Assembly (NCBI RefSeq): GCF_000981785.2
Contig: NZ_CP011304.1
Span: 3,990,001-4,022,000 of the forward strand
Origin: Microcystis aeruginosa NIES-2549
Lineage (GTDB): Bacteria > Cyanobacteriota > Cyanobacteriia > Cyanobacteriales > Microcystaceae
Length of the DNA stretch: 32,000 nt
Direction of reading: 5' to 3'
Shown: positions 17,603 to 27,336 of the stretch, piece by piece
How positions within the stretch are numbered: the stretch's first letter is position 1
Layout of the letters: each line of letters begins with the position of its first letter
Notes under the pieces: generated by a model
What the model was told of the DNA's origin: nothing
Databases searched by the model: none
Seen by the model: only the letters and a program-made list of their open reading frames with translations
Made by a program: the position numbers and the translations under genes

Positions 17603-18493
17603 ATGATCATCCCATCGTTTCTGCAACCCGGTGCTAAAGTTTCTCTGGTGGCCACCAGTGGAGCCGTCAAGGAATTAGCCGCCCTAGAAAAAGGCGTAGA
17701 AATCTGGCGATCGAGGGGTTATCAAGTGGAATTTAGCGAGAATTGGTCGAATCGTCTCGGTTATCTCGCCGGTAGCGACGAGCAACGTCGTCAAGCTTTA
17801 GCCCAAGCATGGCAAGATCCCGATTGTCAAGCAATTCTCTGCGCTAGGGGGGGTTACGGTAGCGCTCGCCTCTTAGAAAATTGGACATGGGCAAAAACTA
17901 ACCCCAAATGGTTAATCGGTTTTTCCGACGTGACGGGGATTTTATGGAGTTTAGCGAAACAGGGCATCTGTAGCGTTCACGGGCCAGTTTTAACCACCTT
18001 AGCCCAAGAAAGTCCCCAATCAATCGATCGCCTCTTTTCTCTCCTAGAAGGTCGTCCTTTAGCCCCTTTTGTCGGTCAAGGTTGGGGTGGTGGCAAAGTG
18101 CGGGGACGCTTATTACCGGCTAATTTAACCGTAGCCACCCATCTCCTCGGAACCTCGGTTCAACCCACCTTAGAGGGGGTAATTTTAGCCCTAGAGGACG
18201 TAACCGAGGCCCCCTACCGAATTGATCGAATGTTAACTCAGTGGCGAATGCTGGGCATTTTCTCCCAAATTAAAGGCATTGCTCTCGGTCGTTTTAGCCG
18301 TTGTTTGGCAGCCCCCGGCAGTGATAGTCAAACCGTAGAGGAAGTCTTAAAAGAGCGTTTGAGCGATTTGGGTATTGCGGTTATTGCTGAGTTACCTTTC
18401 GGTCATGATGGCGATAATGCCGCTTTACCGGTGGGAACAATGGTAGAACTGGACGGGGATCGGGGAATCTTAGAATTTTTCTATCCAGAATGA
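17603..18493 (+). CDS. ldcA: LD-carboxypeptidase (peptidase S66, muramoyltetrapeptide carboxypeptidase-like)
   Basis: GFSDVT supplies the nucleophile Ser, ARGGYGS is present, and PFGHDGDN supplies the catalytic His region. Confidence 0.8.
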   Translation: MIIPSFLQPGAKVSLVATSGAVKELAALEKGVEIWRSRGYQVEFSENWSNRLGYLAGSDEQRRQALAQAWQDPDCQAILCARGGYGSARLLENWTWAKTNPKWLIGFSDVTGILWSLAKQGICSVHGPVLTTLAQESPQSIDRLFSLLEGRPLAPFVGQGWGGGKVRGRLLPANLTVATHLLGTSVQPTLEGVILALEDVTEAPYRIDRMLTQWRMLGIFSQIKGIALGRFSRCLAAPGSDSQTVEEVLKERLSDLGIAVIAELPFGHDGDNAALPVGTMVELDGDRGILEFFYPE

Positions 18494-18554
18494 TCCACTT
18501 TTTTGATACTATCTTAGAGAAGTGTTAACAAATGTAACAAAAAATTAATTATAG

Positions 18555-19532
18555 ATGAAAGTATTAGTTGTCGGTGCGACGGGAACCCTAGGGCGACAGA
18601 TCGTGCGTCATGCCATCGATCAGGGACATCAAGTGCGTTGTTTGGTACGCAGTCAGAGAAAAGCGGCTTTTTTGAAGGAATGGGGCGCGGAATTAGTCGG
18701 GGGAACCCTACGGGATAAGAGTACCATTATTACCGCTTTAGAGGGAATGGATGCGGTAATCGATGCCGCTACGGCCCGGGCGACGGACTCGGCCAGCATT
18801 AAACAGGTGGATTGGGATGGTAAAGTTAATCTGATTCAAGCGGCCAAAACTGCCGGAGTCGATCGCTTTATTTTCTTTTCGATTCTCAATGCCGAAAAAT
18901 ATCCCAACGTGCCTTTAATGGAGATAAAACGCTGTACGGAGAAATTTCTAGCAGAATCGGGCTTAAAATATACAATTCTCCGTCCCTGTGGCTTTATGCA
19001 GGGTTTAATCGGTCAATACGCCATCCCGATGTTAGATAATCAAACCGTCTGGATCACGGGGGAAAGTACAGCGATCGCCTATATGGACACCCAAGATATC
19101 GCTAAATTCGCCGTTCGCGCCCTAGAAGTCCCCGAAACCGTCGGTCAATCCTATCCCGTGGTCGGCAGCAAAGCTTGGAAAGCTGAAGAAATTATCGAAG
19201 TTTGCGAGCGCCTATCGGGTAAAGAGGGGAAAATTTGGCGTTTACCCATGGGATTACTGCGTTTTATGCGAGGAATAACCCATTGTTTCCAATGGACCTA
19301 TAATATATCTGACCGACTAGCTTTTGCGGAGGTTCTCGCTAGTGGTCAAGCCCTTGATGCTCCAATGAAAGAAGTTTATCAAGTATTTGGCCTTGATCCG
19401 AGTCAAACAACTACTTTAGAATCCTATTTACAAGAATACTTTAGCCGCATTCTCAAGAAGCTCAAGGAAATCGACTTCGAGAAACAAAAAGCTCAGAAGA
19501 AGAAGAAAACTCCTTTCAAAAAGAAAGCGTGA
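18555..19532 (+). CDS. Ycf39-like NAD(P)-binding atypical SDR/NmrA-family protein
   Basis: The N-terminus MKVLVVGATGTLGRQIVRHA forms a Rossmann motif, and FFSILNAEKYPNVPLM is present. The C-terminal tail is Lys-rich. Confidence 0.8.
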   Translation: MKVLVVGATGTLGRQIVRHAIDQGHQVRCLVRSQRKAAFLKEWGAELVGGTLRDKSTIITALEGMDAVIDAATARATDSASIKQVDWDGKVNLIQAAKTAGVDRFIFFSILNAEKYPNVPLMEIKRCTEKFLAESGLKYTILRPCGFMQGLIGQYAIPMLDNQTVWITGESTAIAYMDTQDIAKFAVRALEVPETVGQSYPVVGSKAWKAEEIIEVCERLSGKEGKIWRLPMGLLRFMRGITHCFQWTYNISDRLAFAEVLASGQALDAPMKEVYQVFGLDPSQTTTLESYLQEYFSRILKKLKEIDFEKQKAQKKKKTPFKKKA

Positions 19533-19555
19533 TTCAGCAGTAGGAAAATTTGTCA

Positions 19556-20473
19556 ATGCCCAAAATCGGCATTATTTACAACGATATTAAGCCTATCGCT
19601 TGTAAAACAGCCCATCAGATACAAGATCAGCTACTTTCCTTAGGTTGGCAGGTGTTTATGGCTACCGGCAGCGGTGGCCTACTAGGCCATTCTAAACCCT
19701 CTCGTCCGGTTTGTTTTACCCCGATCGATCAGTTAGTCCCCCCCCACTTCGATCAGGATTTAAGTTTTGCGATCGTTTTGGGGGGCGATGGTACAGTCCT
19801 ATCGGCGGCCCGGCAATTGGCCACCCTCAATTTGCCCCTGTTAACGGTCAATACGGGACACATGGGTTTTTTGACCGAAATTTACCTAAATCAGCTTGAA
19901 CCCGCCTTAGAGCAGGTTTTAGAGGGGAATTACACCATCGAAAATCGCTCGATGATCACGGTGCGACTGTTTCGCGAAGATACCCTCCTCTGGGAGGCAC
20001 TTTCTCTCAATGAGGTGGTCGTCCACCGGGAACCCCTCACCAGTATGTGTCATTTTGAGATTCAAATTGGTGAACACGCACCCGTCGATATCGCTGCCGA
20101 TGGGGTGATTCTCTCCACTCCTACTGGTTCTACTGCCTATGCTCTCAGCGCCGGTGGCCCGGTAATAACTCCCGATGTGCCAGTATTACAATTAGCCCCC
20201 ATTTGTCCCCATTCTTTAGCTTCCAGATCCTTGGTATTTTCTGACAAGGAAACTGTGAATATTTTTCCAGCAACTGCTAACCGGATGGTGATGGTAGTGG
20301 ACGGTAATGGCGGTTCTTATATCTTGCCAGAAGATCGAATTAATGTGCAGAAATCGCCCCACCAAGTCCATTTTATTCGTCTGCAATCGACGGAATTCTT
20401 CCGCATCCTCCGGGAAAAATTGGGCTGGGGTTTGCCTCATATTGCTAAACCAACTTCGGTGGAATTACCTTAA
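19556..20473 (+). CDS. nadK: NAD+ kinase
   Basis: Motifs [17 protein letters not shown] and [22 protein letters not shown] are present. The ATG at 19556 is preferred over the TTG at 19550. Confidence 0.9.
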   Translation: MPKIGIIYNDIKPIACKTAHQIQDQLLSLGWQVFMATGSGGLLGHSKPSRPVCFTPIDQLVPPHFDQDLSFAIVLGGDGTVLSAARQLATLNLPLLTVNTGHMGFLTEIYLNQLEPALEQVLEGNYTIENRSMITVRLFREDTLLWEALSLNEVVVHREPLTSMCHFEIQIGEHAPVDIAADGVILSTPTGSTAYALSAGGPVITPDVPVLQLAPICPHSLASRSLVFSDKETVNIFPATANRMVMVVDGNGGSYILPEDRINVQKSPHQVHFIRLQSTEFFRILREKLGWGLPHIAKPTSVELP

Positions 20474-20558
20474 TCAGTTATCAGTTATCAGTTATCAGTT
20501 ATCAGATGGGATTTTTCAGTTCACTGATTACTGGTTACTGTTTACTGATAGCTGAATT
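20468..20558. repeat. Heptamer hairpin element, copy 2
   Basis: The left arm CCTTAAT(CAGTTAT)x4 CAGATG at 20468-20508 is identical over 41 nt to 12512-12552. The inverse arm (CTGATTA CTGGTTA CTGTTTA CTGATAG CTGAATT) is at 20524-20558. Confidence 0.9.
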
Positions 20559-20660
20559 TATACTAAATCCAGTTATTAAAGACTGATTATTTATTCCTCC
20601 TTTTGCCTCTTGCCTCTTGCCTGTCCTCATAAATAGCCTATACTCAGCGTATTTAGTATT

Positions 20661-21449
20661 ATGCTCTCTTTTCGTGCCAAGATAGCTTTTTATTTAGAGG
20701 ATGTCACCACGGCGATCGGACTGACGGTAAATCTGCTTATCTTGGCATTAATTTTACTCTCTTTGGCGATTTATGTGGCTCAAACCTATCCCTTATCCGC
20801 CACTTGGCAAATGTGGTTACGTCAGCTTGATTGGGGAATTTTAAGCTTATTTTCCCTAGAGTATTTAATTCGGTTTTGGTGTGCGGAATCAAAACTAGGC
20901 TTTGTTTTTAACATTTTTTCCATCCTAGATTTATTGTCAATTCTGCCTCTATTTTTTGGTTTTTTTGATATTAGATTTTTTAGAATTTTTCGCTGGTTTA
21001 GAATTTTGCGAGTGATTCGTTTTTTTGGTTCCGATCTTTCTATTTTTCAAATTAAAACTTCCGATCAGATAGTATTTACTCGCATATTACTAACTCTATT
21101 CTCGATTATTTTTGTTTATGCTGGTTTAATTTATCAGATCGAACACCCAATTAATCCCCAAGTCTATCGAACATTTTTTGATGCTTTTTACTTTGCCGTT
21201 GTGACTATGACTACCGTGGGATTTGGGGATGTGACTCCCCTTTCTGATGGGGGCAAAATGGTGACAGTTTTAATGATTTTAACGGGAGTTTTGTTAATTC
21301 CCTTGCAAATTAGCGATCTGACCAAACAAACATTAAAATCTGGCACTCAAATTGATTATCCTTGTCCAGATTGTGGTTTACCCCGTCACGATATAGATGC
21401 CAACTTTTGTAAAAACTGTGGCGCAAAACTCTTAAAAAAACCTGATTGA
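20661..21449 (+). CDS. Voltage-sensor-containing K+ channel (6TM, Kv-like) with a C-terminal zinc ribbon
   Basis: S4 reads RFFRIFRWFRILRVIRFF, with Arg at every third residue. The selectivity filter is TTVGFGD. The C-terminus carries CPDC-x11-CKNC. Confidence 0.85.
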   Translation: MLSFRAKIAFYLEDVTTAIGLTVNLLILALILLSLAIYVAQTYPLSATWQMWLRQLDWGILSLFSLEYLIRFWCAESKLGFVFNIFSILDLLSILPLFFGFFDIRFFRIFRWFRILRVIRFFGSDLSIFQIKTSDQIVFTRILLTLFSIIFVYAGLIYQIEHPINPQVYRTFFDAFYFAVVTMTTVGFGDVTPLSDGGKMVTVLMILTGVLLIPLQISDLTKQTLKSGTQIDYPCPDCGLPRHDIDANFCKNCGAKLLKKPD

Positions 21450-21515
21450 GACTAATTCTGGCGAAATGGGGAGCGGGGAGCTTTTCGGTGTTGCCAAAGG
21501 CACGGCGTAGCCGTC

Positions 21516-21742
21516 CAGTAAACAGTAATCAGTAATCAGTGAACTGAAAAGGCTCTCTTGGATATTGGCTGAAAAATGTTCACATTGTTACATTATGGGC
21601 GCAAGCAGTTCGATAAACTCACTGACCACGTTACGCCCCTACATTGCACCTGTGTGATTGGTAGGGACCTATAGCCCACGCCCTTTCTTCGATAAGAGCT
21701 GCTCATCACTATAACCCCAAGAGAGCCACTGATAACTGATTC
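21516..21742. repeat. Heptamer hairpin element, copy 3, with an inner perfect 11-bp inverted repeat
   Basis: CAGTAAA CAGTAAT CAGTAAT CAGTGAA lies at 21516-21543 and CTGATAA CTGATTC at 21729-21742. GGCTCTCTTGG (21551-21561) is the inverted repeat of CCAAGAGAGCC (21717-21727). Confidence 0.75.
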
Positions 21743-21900
21743 AAGGCTGATGGCTGAGAGCGGTGGGAATCATGACAATTTACAATTGCTTAATAATTGT
21801 TGCCACTGCCGTGATAATATGTGTTGTGGCTCACCTGAGCGTCATAGCTCGGAAAGCAATCCAGATATTGAGATTAGTCTATCGCTGATTTAGGTGTACC

Positions 21901-22323
21901 TTGTCTGACCCATCGATCGAATCTCCCCCAACCCCAGAAACAAACCCGCCGTCAGATCCGATGCGGGAATACTATCAACTACAAAACACCTTATTGATCA
22001 CCACCCTGATCTTAAGCGGTCTGATCTTTATACCCGTGTGGCTGTTTTATTCCCTCAATACCGCCCTTAATTACCTATTAGGGGCAATGGTGGGAGTTGT
22101 TTACCTAAAACTCCTCGCCGGGGAAGTGGAAAAATTGGGGGTAACGAAAAATCGCGTGGGCAAAAAAGGATTAGCCCTATTCGCCGGATTAATCATCATC
22201 GCCAGTCGTTGGCAAGAACTGCACATAGTGCCAGTTTTTTTGGGGTTTTTGACCTATAAAGGGGCGATCATCGTCTATACCCTGCAAACCATCTTCAAGC
22301 TGGAGCAGAAAGGCGATTCCTAA
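21901..22323 (+). CDS. atpI: ATP synthase protein I
   Basis: This small hydrophobic protein lies immediately upstream of the a-subunit gene and contains YYQLQ...LNYLLGAMVGVVYLKLL. The start is ambiguous: TTG at 21901 or ATG at 21961. Confidence 0.7.
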   Translation: MSDPSIESPPTPETNPPSDPMREYYQLQNTLLITTLILSGLIFIPVWLFYSLNTALNYLLGAMVGVVYLKLLAGEVEKLGVTKNRVGKKGLALFAGLIIIASRWQELHIVPVFLGFLTYKGAIIVYTLQTIFKLEQKGDS

Positions 22324-22380
22324 ACCCTTTGACCGTTAAAATAACCCTGATTTGCGAACCCGAATCTCTCTAAGGTAGAA

Positions 22381-23130
22381 ATGTTAGACAGTTTAAGTGT
22401 GCTTAATTTTTATAGCCTCGCTTCTCTGGAAGTGGGACAACACTGGTACTGGCACATCGGCGGACTAAAAATTCACGGGCAAGTGATCGCGGTCTCCTGG
22501 ATCGTCTTCGCTATCTTAATCATCGCCTCGATCGCCGCTACCCGCAAAATCCAGAAAGTCCCTAGCGGTATTCAAAACCTCATGGAGTACGTTCTGGAAT
22601 TTCTGCGCGATTTAGCCAAAAACCAGCTAGGAGAAAAGGAATATCGACCCTGGTTGCCCTTCATCGGCACCCTATTTTTATTTATTTTCGTTTCTAACTG
22701 GTTAGGGGCTTTGATTCCTTGGAAGTTAATCGAACTGCCCGAAGGAGAATTAGCCGCCCCCACTAACGACATCAATACCACGGTGGCGTTAGCCCTACTG
22801 ACTTCCCTCGCTTACTTCTACGCAGGCATCAGTAAAAAAGGACTCGGTTACTTCGCTCACTACCTAGAGCCGATTCCCGTGCTATTACCGATCAAAATTT
22901 TAGAAGACTTTACCAAACCCCTCTCCCTCAGCTTCCGTCTTTTCGGAAACATCCTCGCGGACGAGTTGGTAGTAGCCGTATTAGTCTTCCTCGTCCCCCT
23001 AGTCGTACCCCTACCCCTGATGGCTCTCGGTTTATTTACCAGCGCTATCCAGGCCCTTGTCTTCGCCACCCTTGCCGGGGCCTATATCCATGAGGCCCTG
23101 GAATCGGAACACGAAGAAGAACACGCTTAA
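22381..23130 (+). CDS. atpB: F0F1 ATP synthase subunit a
   Basis: [16 protein letters not shown] contains the essential Arg. The length is 249 aa and the position in the operon fits. Confidence 0.95.
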   Translation: MLDSLSVLNFYSLASLEVGQHWYWHIGGLKIHGQVIAVSWIVFAILIIASIAATRKIQKVPSGIQNLMEYVLEFLRDLAKNQLGEKEYRPWLPFIGTLFLFIFVSNWLGALIPWKLIELPEGELAAPTNDINTTVALALLTSLAYFYAGISKKGLGYFAHYLEPIPVLLPIKILEDFTKPLSLSFRLFGNILADELVVAVLVFLVPLVVPLPLMALGLFTSAIQALVFATLAGAYIHEALESEHEEEHA

Positions 23131-23342
23131 AAGCGAGGGACGAAAACAGAAAAATTTCTTAGGGAAAAGTGTCCAAATAATAGGATAATAACTAAGAAAT
23201 TATTGGTCGAATTCAGTATGAGCAACTGAATTCTAGGATCGTTCTTTCCCAAAAACTCTTTCGGGAGTTTTGAGCAGAAAACCAGCTATTTTTTACGGCT
23301 GAGAACGCGCTCTGTAAACAACAGATTGAAATTGATTAGTAA

Positions 23343-23606
<264 letters not shown>

Positions 23607-23747
23607 TTAAAAAAGCAGTCGGTTATCAGCCCCCAGTCCCCAGCTTGGCAGCGGAGTTTTCAAAACTCTCAAAAAACGCCGAAGCAGCTAACTAAAAAGT
23701 CTGGTTTTTGGGACAGAAGGCTGATAGCTAATTAAGGGAATTTTGCT

Positions 23748-23798
23748 GATCCCCCCTGACTGTTCATCGTTAAATCAGGGGGATCGTCTTCCTTTTTT
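23748..23798 (+). terminator. Strong hairpin plus T-run between atpE and the b' gene; an attenuator or RNA-stabilising element
   Basis: GATCCCCCCTGA (23748-23759) pairs with TCAGGGGGATC (23775-23785), giving 11 bp with one bulged C and a 15-nt loop. It is followed by GTCTTCC and then TTTTTT at 23793-23798. Confidence 0.4.
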
Positions 23799-23836
23799 GA
23801 ACCTGTCTATAGCTTCTATTTATCAGGAATAAATCA

Positions 23837-24268
23837 ATGTTTGATTTCGATGCCACCCTGCCAGTGATGGCACTACAGTTTATTCTTTTGGCAGTGATCC
23901 TGAACGCCGTTTTTTATAAACCCCTCAGTAAAGTTTTAGATGAACGGGCGGAGTATATTCGGCAAACGGAAGGCGGAGCCAAAGAACAACTAGCCAAAAC
24001 CGAAGCACTGGTACAAGAGTACGAATTACAATTAAGTTCGGCTCGTAAACAATCCCAAGAGATTATCGCCCAAGCGCAAGCTGAAGCCCAAAAACTAGCC
24101 AGCGAACGAGTTGCCGCAGCCCAAAAAGAAGCGATCGCCCGTAAGGAAGCCGTCGCCGCCGAAATTGCCCAACAGAAAGAAGAAGCCTTTCGTTCTCTAG
24201 AAGGACAAGTGGCCTCTCTTTCCCGTCAAATTCTCGAAAAACTCCTCGGCCCCGAACTCGTTCGCTAA
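23837..24268 (+). CDS. atpF2: F0F1 ATP synthase subunit b' (atpG in cyanobacterial nomenclature)
   Basis: The N-terminus [30 protein letters not shown] is followed by an Ala/Glu/Gln-rich helix. The length is 143 aa. Confidence 0.9.
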   Translation: MFDFDATLPVMALQFILLAVILNAVFYKPLSKVLDERAEYIRQTEGGAKEQLAKTEALVQEYELQLSSARKQSQEIIAQAQAEAQKLASERVAAAQKEAIARKEAVAAEIAQQKEEAFRSLEGQVASLSRQILEKLLGPELVR

Positions 24269-24289
24269 ACCCCAGCCATTGGTTAATAA

Positions 24290-24448
24290 CAGTGATCAGT
24301 AAAAAGATAGAACTCAGTCGTCAGGAGTTAGTCCCGATGCCAAAGTTGGCACCGCCAAGCATGAAAGTAGTACCTACTTCCCACTTCCCACTTTCAAGTT
24401 AGAAGACTGATAACTGATAACTGATAACTGATAACTGATAACTGAACA
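24290..24448. repeat. Heptamer hairpin element, copy 4, in the b'-b spacer
   Basis: CAGTGAT CAGTAAA lies at 24290-24303. (CTGATAA)x5 plus CTGAACA lies at 24407-24448. Further 7-nt units (ACTTCCC x2) lie just before the right arm. Confidence 0.85.
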
Positions 24449-24472
24449 ACCTACTCCCCGCCCTCAATAATC

Positions 24473-25015
24473 ATGATCATCGACACAGTTTTATTATTAG
24501 CCACGGAGGCGAAGGAAGCGGCAGCAGAGGGATTCGGCATCAACACCGATATCTTAGGAACTAACCTATTTAACCTCTCGATTCTGCTCGGTTTAGTCAT
24601 CTTCTACGGCCGCAAAGTTCTCGGACAAATCCTCGGAGAACGTCAGTCGAAGATTGCTGAAGCTTTAGCCGAAGCAGAAAACCGGAAAAATATTGCCGCT
24701 ACCGCCCTCGCCGAAGAACAGAAAAAACTCGCCCTGGCAAAACAAGAGGCGGAAAAAATTATCGATAACTCTCGAACTAGAGCTAAAACCGTCGCCGCCG
24801 ACATCTCCGCCCAAGCCGATCTCGATATTCAAAGAATGCGCGAAAGTGCCGCTAAAGATCTCTCGGCGGAACAGGATCGCGTTTTAGTAGAATTACGCCA
24901 AAGAATTACCGCTTTAGCCTTAGCTAACGTGGAATCCCAGTTAAGCGCCGGCCTGGAAGAATCGGTACAACAAACCCTAATTGATCGCAGTTTGGCGAAC
25001 CTAGGAGGTAAATAG
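24473..25015 (+). CDS. atpF: F0F1 ATP synthase subunit b
   Basis: A single N-terminal TM helix is followed by a long charged helix. The stop abuts the delta subunit ATG with a 0-nt gap. Confidence 0.9.
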   Translation: MIIDTVLLLATEAKEAAAEGFGINTDILGTNLFNLSILLGLVIFYGRKVLGQILGERQSKIAEALAEAENRKNIAATALAEEQKKLALAKQEAEKIIDNSRTRAKTVAADISAQADLDIQRMRESAAKDLSAEQDRVLVELRQRITALALANVESQLSAGLEESVQQTLIDRSLANLGGK

Positions 25016-25564
25016 ATGCAGGGAAGTTTAATCAGTTCAGAAATCGCCGAACCCTACGCCCAAGCATTACTTTCCGTCGCCCAAAGCAGCGGACAATTAG
25101 AAGCGATCGGCGGCGAAATAAAATCCCTCTTAGAATTGTTGGAAAATGCCCCCGATCTAAGAGCTTTTATCGGCAATCCCGTGATCAAAGAAGAAGCTAA
25201 AAAAGCCGTTCTTTCCCAAGTAATGGGGAGCAGTGCCAATCCCTATTTAACTAACTTCATGATGTTATTGGTCGATAAACGTCGGATTCAATTTTTAGAA
25301 CCCGTTTGTCAACAATATCTCACCTTGGCCAGAGTGCTGACTAACACCGTTTTAGCGGAAGTTTCCTCGGCCACCGAATTGAACGATAGCCAAAAACAAA
25401 TCGTCATCGACAAAGTAAAAACCCTGACCGGGGCGAACGTGGTCGAACTGAAAACCAAAGTTGATGGCAGCCTGATCGGTGGTGTGGTGATCAAAGTCGG
25501 TTCTCAGGTCTTTGATGCCAGCATTCGCGGTCAACTACAACGCCTCAGCCTCTCCCTGCGCTAA
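25016..25564 (+). CDS. atpH: F0F1 ATP synthase subunit delta (OSCP)
   Basis: The N-terminus [14 protein letters not shown] and the motif [22 protein letters not shown] are present. The length is 182 aa. Confidence 0.9.
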   Translation: MQGSLISSEIAEPYAQALLSVAQSSGQLEAIGGEIKSLLELLENAPDLRAFIGNPVIKEEAKKAVLSQVMGSSANPYLTNFMMLLVDKRRIQFLEPVCQQYLTLARVLTNTVLAEVSSATELNDSQKQIVIDKVKTLTGANVVELKTKVDGSLIGGVVIKVGSQVFDASIRGQLQRLSLSLR

Positions 25565-25632
25565 GGTCATCGAATCTCCCTTTTTTGCCGTTTTTTCACC
25601 TTCTAATTTTTTACTTTTTCCCAGATTAAACT

Positions 25633-27141
25633 ATGGTAGCTATCAGACCCGACGAAATTAGCACGATTATTCGTCAACAGATCGAATCCTATAACCAAGA
25701 AGTACAGGTCTCCAACGTGGGAACCGTCCTACAAGTAGGTGACGGTACTGCCCGCATCTACGGCCTACAACAGGCCATGTCGGGAGAACTATTAGAATTT
25801 GAAGATGGAACCGTCGGCATCGCCCTTAACCTCGAAGAAGATAACGTCGGTGCGGTGTTAATGGGTGACGGTTTCGGGATTAAAGAAGGCGGTACGGTGA
25901 AAGCTACCGGTAAAATCGCTCAGGTTCCCGTGGGTGAAGCCTTAGTCGGCCGCGTGGTTGATGCCCTCGGTCGTCCCATCGACGGTAAAGGAGACATACT
26001 CGCCAGCGAAACCCGTCTGGTGGAATCCCCCGCCCCCGGTATTGTCGCTCGCAAATCCGTCTGTGAACCGATGCAAACCGGCATCACCGCTATCGATGCC
26101 ATGATTCCCGTCGGTCGTGGCCAACGGGAGTTAATTATCGGTGACAGAAAAACTGGTAAAACAGCGATCGCCATTGACACGATCATTAACCAGAAAAGCG
26201 AAGACGTGATCTGTGTCTATGTCGCCATCGGTCAAAAAGCCTCCACCGTCGCCCAAGTAATCGACACCCTCACCCAAAGAGGCGCCATGGATTACACCGT
26301 AGTGGTGGCCGCTAACGCTAACGACCCCGCCACCCTCCAGTATATCGCCCCCTACACCGGAGCTTCGATCGCCGAATACTTCATGTATAAAGGCAAAGCG
26401 ACCCTAGTTATCTACGATGACCTCACCAAACAGGCTCAAGCTTATCGTCAGCTATCCCTGCTCATGCGTCGTCCTCCCGGTCGTGAAGCTTACCCCGGCG
26501 ACGTTTTCTATCTCCACTCCCGTTTACTAGAGCGTGCCGCTAAACTCAGCGATGCCCTCGGTGGTGGTAGCATGACCGCCCTGCCGATTATCGAAACCCA
26601 AGCCGGTGACGTTTCCGCCTACATTCCCACCAATGTAATTTCGATTACTGACGGTCAGATCTTCCTCTCCACCGACCTCTTTAACGCTGGTTTCCGTCCC
26701 GCTATTAACGCTGGTATTTCCGTATCCCGCGTGGGTTCGGCGGCCCAAACGAAGGCAATGAAAAAAGTTGCCGGTAAATTAAAACTGGAATTAGCCCAGT
26801 TTGACGAATTAGAAGCTTTTGCTCAATTCGCTTCTGACCTTGATGCGGCCACCCAATCACAACTGGCTCGCGGTCAACGTCTGCGTCAAATCCTGAAACA
26901 GCCCCAAAACTTCCCCCTCTCCGTTTGGGAACAGGTCGCGGTGGTTTATGCCGGTTTAAACGGTTATCTCGACGATATCCCCACCGATAAAGTTATCGAT
27001 TTCTGCGCCGGTTTACGCGAATACCTGAAAACCAGCAAACCTCGCTACGTTGAGATCGTCAGCACTGAAAAACAACTCAACGACGAAGCGGAAGGCCTGC
27101 TCAAAGATGGCATCAACGAGTACAAACAGGCTTTCAAGTAA
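25633..27141 (+). CDS. atpA: F0F1 ATP synthase subunit alpha
   Basis: The Walker A motif GDRKTGKT, the motif [46 protein letters not shown] and a length of 502 aa support the call. Confidence 0.98.
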   Translation: MVAIRPDEISTIIRQQIESYNQEVQVSNVGTVLQVGDGTARIYGLQQAMSGELLEFEDGTVGIALNLEEDNVGAVLMGDGFGIKEGGTVKATGKIAQVPVGEALVGRVVDALGRPIDGKGDILASETRLVESPAPGIVARKSVCEPMQTGITAIDAMIPVGRGQRELIIGDRKTGKTAIAIDTIINQKSEDVICVYVAIGQKASTVAQVIDTLTQRGAMDYTVVVAANANDPATLQYIAPYTGASIAEYFMYKGKATLVIYDDLTKQAQAYRQLSLLMRRPPGREAYPGDVFYLHSRLLERAAKLSDALGGGSMTALPIIETQAGDVSAYIPTNVISITDGQIFLSTDLFNAGFRPAINAGISVSRVGSAAQTKAMKKVAGKLKLELAQFDELEAFAQFASDLDAATQSQLARGQRLRQILKQPQNFPLSVWEQVAVVYAGLNGYLDDIPTDKVIDFCAGLREYLKTSKPRYVEIVSTEKQLNDEAEGLLKDGINEYKQAFK

Positions 27142-27172
27142 ACTTCTGTGAGCTTTAAGCTGTCAGCCTTTT

Positions 27173-27336
27173 CAGTTATCAGTGATCAGTAAACAGTGAC
27201 CAGTAAACAGTGAAAAGATGGCCAGAAACTGCTATTTAGTACTGCTCACTTAACACATACTGCTCACTTAAAACTCCAATCTGATGACTGATAACTGATG
27301 ACTGATAACTGATAACTGATAACTGATAACTGAATT
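27173..27336. repeat. Heptamer hairpin element, copy 5, in the alpha-gamma spacer
   Basis: The left arm has six CAGTNNN units at 27173-27214. A direct repeat of TACTGCTCACTTAA lies at 27240-27253 and 27258-27271. The right arm has eight CTGAT(G/A)A-type units at 27281-27336, ending CTGAATT directly before the ATG at 27337. Confidence 0.9.

Noticed and set aside
24407-24448. CTGATAA arrays considered as Fur boxes (they contain GATAA/GATAAC)
   Set aside because: The arrays occur at many unrelated loci in both orientations as arms of hairpin elements. Their period is 7 nt rather than the 6-nt Fur hexamer, and they are not placed over promoters of iron genes.
25920-26186. Antisense ORFs inside atpA (also 25942-26124 and 26527-26748) and inside the BNR gene (5952-6209, 6684-7098)
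   Set aside because: These are Gly/Arg/Ser-rich shadow frames of GC-richer or repeat-rich coding sequence. The sense genes are unambiguous.
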